A program made the position numbers and the translations under genes. The notes under the pieces were generated by a model, which worked only from the letters and a program-made list of their open reading frames with translations, was not told where the DNA came from and ran no database searches. From an uncultured bacterium (GTDB taxonomy: Bacteria > Zixibacteria > MSB-5A5 > UBA10806), in the NCBI GenBank assembly GCA_965541585.1, contig CBEUCH010000004.1:160001-224000 (forward strand): DNA of 64,000 nucleotides, given 5' to 3'. Of the stretch, positions 54,722 through 64,000 are shown piece after piece; within the stretch, counting starts at the first letter, position 1, and every line of letters begins with the position of its first letter.

Positions 54722-55048
54722 ATGAAAAATTCTAAGTTAATACCGATAATAGCCGCCCTGATTATGTTGTTATCTCCGTATTTCTGCCCGAACGCTTTTG
54801 CCCAGAATACAATCGCCGCTGATGTCTTCGAGCCATACCTCAATCGTATCATCTGGGTGACCTGGCATTCCGGCAGCAAGTCATTCGAAACCGAAGGAAC
54901 ACTAAAAGAAATACTCGGCGATCACAATTGTATCAACTTGATTGTCAGGGCGAAATTCGCCGGTGAGCAGATCCGGTTTGAAGGCGACAGGATACTTTAT
55001 ATTGACCTTTCGGCAATAGACGCTTTCGAGATTAGAAAGCCAAAATAG
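54722..55048 (+). CDS. Small secreted hypothetical protein (possible Sm-like beta fold)
   Basis: GGAGG RBS, signal peptide ending AFA, beta-rich mature part. Confidence 0.7.
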   Translation: MKNSKLIPIIAALIMLLSPYFCPNAFAQNTIAADVFEPYLNRIIWVTWHSGSKSFETEGTLKEILGDHNCINLIVRAKFAGEQIRFEGDRILYIDLSAIDAFEIRKPK

Positions 55049-55252
55049 CAGCCTGGCGATAAATATCCCGCTCTGAGATCCCTTCCGCAATATTGACATC
55101 TCAAAAATAAGGTTGACATTAACACGAGCTTTTGAGTATTTTTACTATTGTATAAAATAAGATGTTTTTGCGAAGCGAGCATCCTCTGGAAATCTCCGAT
55201 TACCTGAGGGTAAACACGGCCCATTTTGTAAGTAAAATTAGAGAGGAGTATC

Positions 55253-55732
55253 ATGGGAAAAAACTATGGCGATTTAGCGAAGCAGGCTGAAAAGGCTGTC
55301 AAGGGAATCAAGGATAGAGAGCTTCGAAAAGAGGCTTTCCGGATTCTCTTATTACAACTAATGGCCGGAGGCGGTGCTGCAGCCTCTACCGGCGCCCGGA
55401 AAAGAAGGACCACTAAGAAAAGGCGCCGTCCGGGACGTCCGCCGAAAAAGAAGAAGGCCATAAGGAAGGTCACCAGGAAAAAAGCCGTCAAGCGTCCGGG
55501 ACGCCGCGGCGGGGGCGTGGTAACAACCGCCCTAAACAAATTGCTCGCCGGTGGATATTTCAGGGCCGCCCGCGATGCCGCCACCATCTTCAAAGAGCTC
55601 TCCAGACGACGTGTCAGGATCGAACCCTCTCAACTGCGTATGGAGTTGTTGCGCTTCACCCGCGCCCGCAAGCTCAGACGCAAAATAAAAATGAAAGGCC
55701 GCAAGGTAACATACCTTTACAGCAAGCGGTAA
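55253..55732 (+). CDS. Highly basic putative DNA-binding protein (AT-hook-like linker plus probable winged helix)
   Basis: GAGGAG RBS. R/K-rich with RRPGRPPKK. C-terminal 'L..L...GYF...I..EL...L...L.R...YLY'. Confidence 0.75.
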   Translation: MGKNYGDLAKQAEKAVKGIKDRELRKEAFRILLLQLMAGGGAAASTGARKRRTTKKRRRPGRPPKKKKAIRKVTRKKAVKRPGRRGGGVVTTALNKLLAGGYFRAARDAATIFKELSRRRVRIEPSQLRMELLRFTRARKLRRKIKMKGRKVTYLYSKR

Positions 55733-55741
55733 CTAGAACCT

Positions 55742-55786
55742 GCAGGGGCGAATCTCTATTCTCATTCGGATATCCGATTCGCCCCT
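55742..55786. repeat. REP-like hairpin / possible bidirectional terminator
   Basis: GCAGGGGCGAATC...GATTCGCCCCT between convergent genes. Confidence 0.6.
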
Positions 55787-55817
55787 TTTATATTCACCGA
55801 TCTCAATCGAAGGTATA

Positions 55818-56237
55818 TTATTCGTTATCCACTTTTAGAAACTCTCTGATTTTCTTCTCAACCTGTCCGTATATCTTTTCGAAATAGGCCCGCTTCTCTT
55901 CTTCGAGACCCTCGAATGCTGCCGGGTCTTCGAAACTCCAGTGCAATACTTTGGTTTTTTTCGGCCAAACGGGGCAGGCCTCTTTTGCGTCGTCGCAGAC
56001 GGTGACTACTATATCGAAATCCTCATGGAGGATCTCATCGAGCACTTTGGAGCGCAGGCCGATTGTATCATGGCCATGCTCCTTCAACGTTTGAAGCGTC
56101 AGCGGCTTGACAATCCCGGTCGGTACGGCCCCGGCGGAGAACGCCTGGTATTCACCTTTCCCGAGATGGTTCATCAATACCTCGGCCATAATCGACCGGG
56201 CGGAATTCCCGGTGCAGATAAACAGTATTCTCTTCAT
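55818..56237 (-). CDS. arsC: Arsenate reductase / LMW protein-tyrosine phosphatase family
   Basis: ILFICTGNSARS.MAE, SAG, TVC...CP, HW.F.DPA. Confidence 0.85.
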   Translation of the reverse strand: MKRILFICTGNSARSIMAEVLMNHLGKGEYQAFSAGAVPTGIVKPLTLQTLKEHGHDTIGLRSKVLDEILHEDFDIVVTVCDDAKEACPVWPKKTKVLHWSFEDPAAFEGLEEEKRAYFEKIYGQVEKKIREFLKVDNE

Positions 56238-56344
56238 CGCCGGAGGAATATAGGAAATGTTACCATTTTATTCCAGATGAAATCAGGGTTTTATACGAAA
56301 CCGGGACGTCTTCACGAACGGGGCTGGAGTGGATTTGGTCGAAC

Positions 56345-58231
56345 CTATCTTAGATACAACATCTTCTTCGTAACCGAGGCACCATCGACGCTGAGTCGAT
56401 ATATGTATATCCCGCTTTTTACCGGTTCGGGTGCGCCGGATTGTATCGGCCATGCAAACCTGTGCGTTCCCGTGGAAAGATTGCCCGAATGCACTCTACT
56501 GACCAACCGGCCCAGCATATCATAGACTGTTATATCGACTGCCGATTCGCCTGCCAGGTTGAAGCTTATAAAGGTGCGCCCGTTGAACGGATTCGGATAG
56601 TTTATCAGCCTCAACTCCGTAGCCAGTGAAATCTCGACATCGGCAGTCCAGGTGGAACTGCGGATAAACCCGTATACGCGCGCTTCACCCGGCGTCTCAT
56701 CACCCAGCATCTCAGGGACGTCCCACTGGTTACCACCGTTGAGTAATATCACCTGGCTTCCGACCACGCCGCCCATGCCTATTGTGACCGTGAGAGTGTT
56801 CCGGTAATTATCACGATCCATCCCGGCGTCCATATCCTTGATGGTAACTTCAACGTCGGATGGATCATCGTTATTTATGGCCAGGAAAACCATAAGCTTA
56901 TCATACTTATACCTGTGGGATGTTCTTCCATCGGGGGCCGGATCGCCCGGCTTGAAATCACCAAATGATATCTCAAAACTGTAAAGCTCTCCAAGATCGG
57001 AATCGAGCCTGAAGAATATGCTGTCATCGGCTGTTAGCTCCGGCGCCCCGGTCACATCGATATCCGTAAATATCCTCTCGATCGGCCGGTTGTTGTAGAA
57101 ATATATGAACATCCTGTCGACATCGATATCCAGAGTATCCTCAGGCGGTTCCTGCGAACCGAGCCAGAGGGAGGCGATACCTCCACCGTATGCCGAGACC
57201 CAGACCGAGCCGATAGAATCGAAGGATATATCCGAGTAGTAATCGCCCCAGATAAAATCACCGTCGGGAGGAATATAGCTGCGCCAGAGGCTGTCGGTCT
57301 GCAGGACCCATACGCCGTATCCCGTTCCCAGCCACAGCTCTCCATCGCCCGGGCGAACCTCGATAGTCGATACATAGCCATTGGCCATGGGCGAGTTGGA
57401 TGAATTATACACCATCCAGAGGTCACCGCTCTTAATAGCCACTCCCAACCCCATTGTTCCGAAGTAGACGTCCCCGTTGTCAGGATTCACGTCCACCGAG
57501 AGGAGCTGATTCATTGGCAGGCCACTGTTGGCCATATTATAGGTAGTCCATTCCGTACCATCATAACTTGCCGCTCCGCCGTCGGCCGTCGCCATCCACA
57601 GGGTCACGGCATTACGATCCATATCTATCTCTCTGATATAATCGCTGGGGATATATGTACCGGGGGTAATATCAAAAACCCGCTGCTGGTTGTCAGCGTA
57701 GCTGAACTCGGTTCGGGAGGCATAGCGGTATCTTATCCAGCCTTCATCGTCGTATATTGTCAATCCCCCGCCATAGGTCGAAACGTATCTGACACCGGCG
57801 TGAATGACTATGTCGCTCACTATCTGATTGGCTTCCAGACCGTCGTTTTGCATAGTCCATGAGGAATCCGCTACATCAAGATGCGCAAGTCCGATACCGT
57901 AATTCAGATTACCGGAGGCTGCACCCACCCAGAGATTTCCGAGCGGATCTCTCTCTACATGACGAGTCGCATTTATAGGCACTCCCGTTTCCGATTCATC
58001 CCAGACGGTCCATACTAAATCCTGCTTCAGGACAAGCCCGCCCCCTGTAGTGCCGATGTACTGGTTGCCGGCATCGTCGAAATCGATAGAAGCCACCCAA
58101 TCTGTTGGCAGTGGCGAATTCATCACGCTGTAAACCGTCCAGGTGGAGTCGGCGAGGGCATTTTGAATTGGCAAAACCCAAACACCAAGGATGACAAATA
58201 CATTCGCTATTTTAGTTATTCGACTGGCCAT
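56345..58231 (-). CDS. Secreted beta-propeller (two-component-regulator propeller type) protein with T9SS type-A-like C-terminal domain
   Basis: Signal peptide. 'YN..NS.LP.N.V.SI..D..G..W.GT..G' repeats. NYPNPFN...SGIY C-terminus. Confidence 0.85.
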   Translation of the reverse strand: MASRITKIANVFVILGVWVLPIQNALADSTWTVYSVMNSPLPTDWVASIDFDDAGNQYIGTTGGGLVLKQDLVWTVWDESETGVPINATRHVERDPLGNLWVGAASGNLNYGIGLAHLDVADSSWTMQNDGLEANQIVSDIVIHAGVRYVSTYGGGLTIYDDEGWIRYRYASRTEFSYADNQQRVFDITPGTYIPSDYIREIDMDRNAVTLWMATADGGAASYDGTEWTTYNMANSGLPMNQLLSVDVNPDNGDVYFGTMGLGVAIKSGDLWMVYNSSNSPMANGYVSTIEVRPGDGELWLGTGYGVWVLQTDSLWRSYIPPDGDFIWGDYYSDISFDSIGSVWVSAYGGGIASLWLGSQEPPEDTLDIDVDRMFIYFYNNRPIERIFTDIDVTGAPELTADDSIFFRLDSDLGELYSFEISFGDFKPGDPAPDGRTSHRYKYDKLMVFLAINNDDPSDVEVTIKDMDAGMDRDNYRNTLTVTIGMGGVVGSQVILLNGGNQWDVPEMLGDETPGEARVYGFIRSSTWTADVEISLATELRLINYPNPFNGRTFISFNLAGESAVDITVYDMLGRLVSRVHSGNLSTGTHRFAWPIQSGAPEPVKSGIYIYRLSVDGASVTKKMLYLR

Positions 58232-58259
58232 ACTTTTGTCCTATCAAACGAGAAAACGA

Positions 58260-58275
58260 TGCAAAAACGTTGCCG
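58260..58275 (-). promoter_or_regulatory. Candidate sigma54 (-24/-12) promoter of the propeller gene
   Basis: Minus strand CGGCAACGTTTTTGCA fits YGGCACG-N4-TTGCW, with the GG-N10-GC spacing. Confidence 0.55.
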
Positions 58276-58417
58276 CCTGAAACAGGTTTTTTTATCGTTG
58301 AGCGGGCCCTTTATGGAAATTGTAATCTGCTTCACTTCAATATGTTACCCGCACAACCCCGACTCGCTCTCGAGATAAGATTGTTTCTGCTTGATTATGA
58401 GTAACATCTGGTTGAAA

Positions 58418-58449
58418 TGTTGCACAGCATTTTATCATGCTGTTCAACA
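58418..58449. promoter_or_regulatory. Inverted repeat, candidate activator-binding site
   Basis: TGTTGCACAGCAT-N6-ATGCTGTTCAACA (12/13 match). Confidence 0.5.
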
Positions 58450-58649
58450 GCTGAACAGAGGATAAACACCGGCTGAAAGTTCTGGCCGTTGTCCATGAGG
58501 TGGCTTGCCTCTCATGACGACAGGATCCACAATAAAAATATATGGCGAAGTCGGGGCAAGCTCTAAATCATATGACAGCTGTGTCGATTACTCAACTGGC
58601 GGCTTATTAGAGTTTCATTTTGAGACCTGGGAAGAGCTACTGACAGATT

Positions 58650-60059
58650 ATGACCACGCATCAGAGAATTTACACCAGACTGCCGATATGGCTTCAAAAT
58701 ATGGCCTGCTCACTTGGAGGCTGGAGGTTACGCAGGCGAAGGTATAACGATATATTTGTCGACATTCATAAGCAATACATGCTTAGGGGATTAGATTCGG
58801 CATCTGCCGTAACGCGGTTTCGCGATTCCCGGATAATGGAATTCGTCATGCACGCCGGCAGGACAGTCCCATTCTATAAGGCTAAATTCGCCGAATTGAA
58901 GATCAATCCGGAGGATATTTCGGGCCTGGATGATCTGAAATGTCTGCCGATTCTCACCAAGGATGAGGTCCAGGAAAACCTGCCTTCTTTGAAGTCCGAG
59001 GCCATTTCCGAGAAAGAGACAATTATTATTCACACCAGTGGCACCACCGGGCGCGGGCTTGTATTCCCGACCACCGTCGAGGCGGAGCGTCGACAATGGG
59101 CGGTCTGGTGGCGATTCCGAAACCGGAACGGAATTAAATTCGGCACCCCATGTGGAGTTTTCGGCGGGAAGATTGTCGTCCCGATCAACCAGAGCCATCC
59201 ACCCTTCTGGAGATACGACAGGCCGGGAAAACAGATCTTTTTCAGCGGTTACCATTTGAGAGGAGAAAACCTGCCGGCCTACATAGAGCAGATAAAATCC
59301 TCCGGCTTGGAGTGGCTTCATGGCTATCCGTCTCATCTGACGCTGGTGGCATCGTTCGTCATAGAGACCGGAATCAAGATGACGAATCGGGTCAAATACA
59401 TCACAACGGGCGGAGAATCTCTGCTGGCGCATCAGAAGGACATTATCGAGAAGGCGTTCGGCGCCAGGGTGTTCCAGCATTACGGTATGGCCGAGGCCGT
59501 GGCCAATATCTCCGAATGTCCCCGGGGAAAGCTTCACGTCGACGAGGATTTCGCGGGAGTGGAGTTCGTTACGATCGAGAGAAACCGATATTCCATAGTT
59601 GGAACCAATTTCACGAATTTCGCCTTCCCGCTCTTGAGATATGATACCGGAGACATCGCATATATCTCCGACCAAGAAAAAAAGTGTGCCTGCGGCCGAC
59701 CTGGCAGGGTAGTCGATTGGATCGACGGCAGAATGGAGGATTATATTGTTCTCCACGACGGCACCCGAATCGGGCGACTGGATCATATATTCAAAGGTAT
59801 GACCGCTGTCAGGGAAGCGCAGTTATTTCAGGACCAGCCCGGAAAAGTTCAATTCAGAATCGTCAGAGCTCCGGAATACTCACCCGGCGACCAGGAGAGG
59901 CTGCTTCTTGCGGCCAGGGAGAGGATAGGCAAAAAGGCGGTCATCGATTTTGAATATGTGGACGAGCTGAAAAGAGGCGCAACCGACAAGCTCCGTTTCG
60001 TTATTACTAACCTGGCCGATGAGAAGATATCGGGCAACAGGAAAACAATCGTCCGGTAG
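58650..60059 (+). CDS. Phenylacetate-CoA ligase / CapK-like adenylate-forming protein
   Basis: VPFY, LPILTK, TSGTTG, GYPS, YG.AE, PL.RY.TGD, GR..D. Confidence 0.88.
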   Translation: MTTHQRIYTRLPIWLQNMACSLGGWRLRRRRYNDIFVDIHKQYMLRGLDSASAVTRFRDSRIMEFVMHAGRTVPFYKAKFAELKINPEDISGLDDLKCLPILTKDEVQENLPSLKSEAISEKETIIIHTSGTTGRGLVFPTTVEAERRQWAVWWRFRNRNGIKFGTPCGVFGGKIVVPINQSHPPFWRYDRPGKQIFFSGYHLRGENLPAYIEQIKSSGLEWLHGYPSHLTLVASFVIETGIKMTNRVKYITTGGESLLAHQKDIIEKAFGARVFQHYGMAEAVANISECPRGKLHVDEDFAGVEFVTIERNRYSIVGTNFTNFAFPLLRYDTGDIAYISDQEKKCACGRPGRVVDWIDGRMEDYIVLHDGTRIGRLDHIFKGMTAVREAQLFQDQPGKVQFRIVRAPEYSPGDQERLLLAARERIGKKAVIDFEYVDELKRGATDKLRFVITNLADEKISGNRKTIVR

Positions 60060-60118
60060 CAAACAAACAGATTGAGAACATATTGGTATGATGCTTATGA
60101 TGGGCTTGATCGGCCCCC

Positions 60119-61441
60119 CTATTTTGCAGGGGATACTATTTCACTTTTCAGACTGTTCGGGCCGGCACCCGTGATTCTGACTTTTATATAATCGCCGGCT
60201 TCCTCATTCGTTCTGCGAAAGATAGCCATCTTGTTGCCGTCGGTACGGCCATACCATTCGTTTTCGTTTCTTTTGCTCGGAGCCTCAACCAGGATCTCAT
60301 GAATTTCGCCAATATGACGTTTATTCTGATCGAGGCTTATCTCTTTCTGCAGTTCATTGGCCAGTGTGATCCGGTATTTCTTCTCATCAGCCGGGATATC
60401 ATTCCTCCATCTCCGCTTCGCAACCGTTCCCTGCCTTTCAGAGTAATTGAAAATATAGGCGGAATCGAAACTTACCTTCCTCATGATGGCAAGAGTCTCC
60501 TCGAACTCCTCCCGGGTCTCAGTAGGGAATCCCAGAATGATATCGGTGGTTAATGTGGCCTCCGGGATCATAGTCCTTATTCGATCGGCCAGTGCCGTAA
60601 ATTCGCCGGCCTTGTATTTCCTGCGCATCATCTCGAGAATCCTGTCGGAACCCGCCTGCAGGGGAAGATGAATGTGCTTACAGACCAGCGGATTATCCCG
60701 GATCACAGCCAGCAAATCATCCGGGAAATCCCGGGGATGCGGTGATGTGAACCTGATTCTTCTGATGCCGGGAACCTCGGCCACCGCCTCTACGAGATCG
60801 GCAAACGAATGGCCATCGTGATCGTAGGAGTTAACGTTCTGCCCCAGCAAGGTTACCTGCGTGTAGCCGGTCGATACCAGCCTATGGGTTTCATCCACGA
60901 CGCTCTCCAACGGTCTGCTTCTCTCCCGCCCTCGAGTATAAGGGACCACGCAAAAAGTGCAGAAATTGTCGCATCCGCGCATAACCGCAATCCAGGCATT
61001 GACTCCCTCTCTCCGCTCCGGATAGATATCATCATACGTCTCGAATTCCGAGAGATCGATTGCCGCTGCATTGCCGTTGCCATCCCTGGCCTCGTCGATC
61101 AGGCGAGGCAGTTGCCGGTAACTATCCGGCCCGGCTACCAGATCGACATAGACGGAATTTTCCAAAAGATCCATCTTCAGATTCTGTGCCATACATCCCA
61201 GGACCCCGACAATAAATGGCTTATCGACCCTCAGACTCTGTAATCGCTGGAGCCGCGCATGAACCCGATTGTGGGCATGCTCCCGAACAGAGCAGGTATT
61301 TAGCAAGACCACATCAGCGATTTCCGGTTTTTCCACTTCGCTATAGCCGCTTTTCTTCAGGATCGATCTCACCAGCTCCGAGTCATACTCGTTCATCTGG
61401 CAACCGTAGGTCTCGATATAGAATCCCGGATCTCTCATCAT
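60119..61441 (-). CDS. miaB: tRNA-i6A37 methylthiotransferase MiaB
   Basis: TYGCQMN.YDSE, NTCSVRE.A, GCMAQ, GCDNFCTFC, LLGQNVNSY, RFTSPHP, and a C-terminal TRAM domain. Confidence 0.95.
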   Translation of the reverse strand: MMRDPGFYIETYGCQMNEYDSELVRSILKKSGYSEVEKPEIADVVLLNTCSVREHAHNRVHARLQRLQSLRVDKPFIVGVLGCMAQNLKMDLLENSVYVDLVAGPDSYRQLPRLIDEARDGNGNAAAIDLSEFETYDDIYPERREGVNAWIAVMRGCDNFCTFCVVPYTRGRERSRPLESVVDETHRLVSTGYTQVTLLGQNVNSYDHDGHSFADLVEAVAEVPGIRRIRFTSPHPRDFPDDLLAVIRDNPLVCKHIHLPLQAGSDRILEMMRRKYKAGEFTALADRIRTMIPEATLTTDIILGFPTETREEFEETLAIMRKVSFDSAYIFNYSERQGTVAKRRWRNDIPADEKKYRITLANELQKEISLDQNKRHIGEIHEILVEAPSKRNENEWYGRTDGNKMAIFRRTNEEAGDYIKVRITGAGPNSLKSEIVSPAK

Positions 61442-61649
61442 ACTTTCACCGGCAGTCAGACCGGTCTCTTCATTTCGGGGATGTTCAAATCTACATTTTT
61501 CAAAAACTCAGCCTTACCATATCAGCTAATATCGGCCTTGATTTTTCATGGTCAAGCGTAATCTGGGAGCAGATCGGGGCCGGAGTAGCTATTCTTATGG
61601 AAGATGGATGACGACCGGGGCTTTCAATCCCTCGGTCTCTCGGAATGCT

Positions 61650-62135
61650 CTAACGTCTCCTGGCAGTTACGAAGTTTTTTTCGAATACCTCTTTGGGCAC
61701 CGATGGCCCGCCCGCCGAACAATAATAATCAAATACCCTGATCAGGTTTCTGGCAATTCCCCCGGCATCTATGACCTCGATCTGGCTTCTTTGAAGAGCA
61801 TACGCCAACTTACCATCCCTGAACAGGGCAACGGATGGCGAGGACGGCGGCGTATCGGGCATATATTCGCGGGCCCTCTGAGTTGCCTCGCGGTCGACTC
61901 CTGCAAAAACAGTGATAAGATGATCGGGGATCCGTTTGTGCTGAAGAGCCAGTGCGATACCGGGACGGGCATGACCCGCGGCGCAACCGCATACCGAGTT
62001 AATCACCATCAATGTGGTTCCCTTATTTCTCAATGCTTCCTCGACCTCGTCTGCGGTTTTAACCGGACGAATGCCTATATTTTGAAGTTCTTCCCACATG
62101 GGGCGAACGGTTTTCGGATCGTATAGAGCCTGCAT
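61650..62135 (-). CDS. BrxA/BrxB-family bacilliredoxin
   Basis: V.PM..EL, NSVCGCAAG.ARP, TVFAG.D.EAT..AR, PPSSPS.ALF.DG. Confidence 0.9.
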   Translation of the reverse strand: MQALYDPKTVRPMWEELQNIGIRPVKTADEVEEALRNKGTTLMVINSVCGCAAGHARPGIALALQHKRIPDHLITVFAGVDREATQRAREYMPDTPPSSPSVALFRDGKLAYALQRSQIEVIDAGGIARNLIRVFDYYCSAGGPSVPKEVFEKNFVTARRR

Positions 62136-62404
62136 CAGTTATCTCCTTTCAGGGCTGCTGTCTCTCGCAACTTTTTTTACTCTCTCAATGGAACGGCGTT
62201 GAGATCAAAAGAAGCCGTTCCCGGATTTGTCAACTTAACGATTGAATTCTCGGGCAGGTTCCCAACTTATTAAAAGATTACAGCTTAACATCGGCATCCG
62301 GGTCTCAATTCGCATACACCACGTTACAGCATATTGGTAATTGTTAATGAGTTTAATGTCTGATTCTCTAAGGGTTGCAGATGCACCCCGGCTAGGGACG
62401 AGCG

Positions 62405-62809
62405 TTACGGAGGAGCACAGGCTTCTATTTGATCCGTGATCAATCCAATATTGATTTCAGCATCAATTATCGTGTCGTCCCCATCGTAGCCTATACCTGC
62501 GATGGTGCAGGTATCGCCAATTCCTGCTGAACCCTTGCCCGTGAACGACACCAGCGTGGCCCGGATAGCGAAAATATGTTTTAGGTTAAGGAATTTCTCA
62601 ATCCGGTCGTCATCGGCGTGAGGCCGGTGTAAAGTAAATATGTCGAGGTGCAAGAGGTCGTCAATGCTCAGCCCCTTCAGCCTGTCCAGGAGACGTGACT
62701 CTCCTCCGATCGCATCTCCGCAGGTTTTTTTGAATAGCCTGTATGATATGAGCCGCTCGTTTCGATCCAGGACGATCCGGATCTGTTCTGTAATATCGTC
62801 GCAGGGCAT
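62405..62809 (-). CDS. Hypothetical Cys-containing protein
   Basis: GAGGA RBS. MPC..., KTCG, LKH and ..AC motifs. 134 aa. Confidence 0.65.
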   Translation of the reverse strand: MPCDDITEQIRIVLDRNERLISYRLFKKTCGDAIGGESRLLDRLKGLSIDDLLHLDIFTLHRPHADDDRIEKFLNLKHIFAIRATLVSFTGKGSAGIGDTCTIAGIGYDGDDTIIDAEINIGLITDQIEACAPP

Positions 62810-62965
62810 TTATCCTATCCTCATCCGCGGCTGTGGGCCTCATCGGCAACCGTCAGTGACAATTAATGTAGCACCCCAATCTCCGGATGCAAGGTACGGC
62901 TCCCGGATAATTATGATGGAGTCGCCGAGGCAATGCAAGCCAAATCAACACCGCCTCATTTGAAT

Positions 62966-62993
62966 AAAAAAGGGCCGACTATTTGGTCGGCCC
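62966..62993 (-). terminator. Rho-independent terminator of the esterase gene
   Basis: Minus strand GGGCCGAC-caaata-GTCGGCCC followed by a T run. Confidence 0.8.
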
Positions 62994-63016
62994 GATAAAA
63001 TCAAGGATCGGTCGGA

Positions 63017-64000
63017 TCATTCGTTGAACGACCCATCATGGAACTTAATGACCTCTCTCAGCCTTTCGGCTACGAATGTCGAGTGGTCGGGGTTGAAAAT
63101 ATCTTCGAACCCGGAGTATATCTCGAACTGATCTATGGCGGCTCCGGCGGCGTCAGCGAATGCCTGCGCCTGGTAATGTAAAAGCAAATCGTCCTCCTCG
63201 CCGCAGTCGATATAGAGGTCGGTATTGTCATAAACAGCACCATAACCGGCGGAGAATAACGTTGTGATATCGTGAGCCATCCAGAACGCCCAGAGAGAAT
63301 CCACCAGATCCCCGTTAATATCAAACGGCAGGTCCACATGCCCCGCAAATCCGGGGACGGTGAAAGCATGAGCGTAAGTTGTATCGGGATCGGCAGGATC
63401 ATGCGGGCTGAACGCTGCTCCCATGGCAAACATCATGTTTGTGAGATCCTTGCCGGCACCCGGCACCACCGAATAGAACGATGATGTATCTCCCGCAATG
63501 AAACCGTTCTCCGCAAGCATGGCCGGCATAAGCGTCAGCAGTCCAAGTGCGAAGGGATTTGTTTGATCCGGATAGGCACCCATGAAGGCAAGAGGACCCG
63601 ACATAGAGGCTACCGATCCAAACAGGTCGTTTCTCAGCATGCCGATCTTTACTGCGCCATAGCCTCCCATGGAGTGACCGGCAATCCCCCTGCTCTGTCT
63701 GTCTGCTATAGTATGGAAAGTAGAATCTATCAAGGGGACCACCTCATTGGTGATGTAATCCTGAAACAGCCCTGCAAACGATTGTGAACTATCCGGAATA
63801 TAGGAATTCGTGTAGAAGCTTCCTCCCAACTTGTTGGAAGCATCGGGTGTTACCACGATCATGGGTTCGATCTGTCCATGGTTCACGAGTTCATCCATGG
63901 TTGCCGCCAAACCGAATACCCCCTTGAAAATGGTATGATCTCCGCCATATCCATGCAGCAGATACAAAACCGGATAATCGATAAAGGTAGTATCCGGCGG
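63017..64000 (-). CDS. Alpha/beta-hydrolase, putative esterase (S-formylglutathione-hydrolase/XynC-like); 5' end beyond the window
   Basis: Open to the window end (PPDTTFIDYPVLYLLHG). GHSMGGYGA nucleophile elbow, DCG..D, and a C-terminal His. Confidence 0.88.
   Translation of the reverse strand, partial: PPDTTFIDYPVLYLLHGYGGDHTIFKGVFGLAATMDELVNHGQIEPMIVVTPDASNKLGGSFYTNSYIPDSSQSFAGLFQDYITNEVVPLIDSTFHTIADRQSRGIAGHSMGGYGAVKIGMLRNDLFGSVASMSGPLAFMGAYPDQTNPFALGLLTLMPAMLAENGFIAGDTSSFYSVVPGAGKDLTNMMFAMGAAFSPHDPADPDTTYAHAFTVPGFAGHVDLPFDINGDLVDSLWAFWMAHDITTLFSAGYGAVYDNTDLYIDCGEEDDLLLHYQAQAFADAAGAAIDQFEIYSGFEDIFNPDHSTFVAERLREVIKFHDGSFNE

Noticed and set aside
58505..58747. 80-aa ORF overlapping the start of the CoA-ligase-like gene
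   Set aside because: TTG start, a 98-bp out-of-frame overlap and no motif. Not supportable.
58791..59786. 331-aa antisense ORF
   Set aside because: Shadow of the CoA-ligase-like gene with no recognisable motifs. The same applies to most short nested ORFs in the track.
1..64000. tRNA, rRNA, prophage or classical IS with terminal inverted repeats
   Set aside because: No cloverleaf or T-loop signature in intergenic DNA, no phage genes and no DDE transposase were seen by eye. tRNAscan-SE and Infernal would confirm.

Overview
A 64-kb chromosomal window from a diderm bacterium of moderate GC. Four proteins ending in a 'PNPFN...SG(V/I)Y' T9SS type-A-like sorting domain, LVIVD-repeat proteins and multiheme cytochromes point to an FCB-group or Zixibacteria-like organism (inference). 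Most of the window is housekeeping or metabolic: rplY 3' end, pcrA/uvrD, flotillin, rmuC, menA, yigZ, dprA, an M23 peptidase, gcvT, nnr, ppdK, a Na/Pi cotransporter, arsC, miaB, perR-ahpC and a bacilliredoxin. There is also a divergent multiheme-cytochrome/NrfC/NrfD respiratory module. No rRNA, tRNA or CRISPR array was found by eye. The most striking unexplained structure is a REP-associated tyrosine transposase (RAYT, 47845-48342) inside three same-orientation GTAG-REP doublets. These doublets also bracket an AT-rich YbbC/YhhH-like cargo gene, giving a cassette-array-like layout. Related GTAG palindromes, a GIY-YIG remnant and a 26-bp duplication of the ahpC 3' end sit at the borders of other accessory genes. 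Other notable items are an aminotransferase fused to an HPrK/PEPCK-like P-loop domain, an effector-less NTPase-TPR (NLR-like) gene with site-specific repeat hypervariability, two LVIVD paralogues with conserved ends and a diverged middle, an NtrC-family regulator lacking GAFTGA, and a histone-H1-like N-terminal tail on PPDK. All family assignments come from motif recognition, not database searches.
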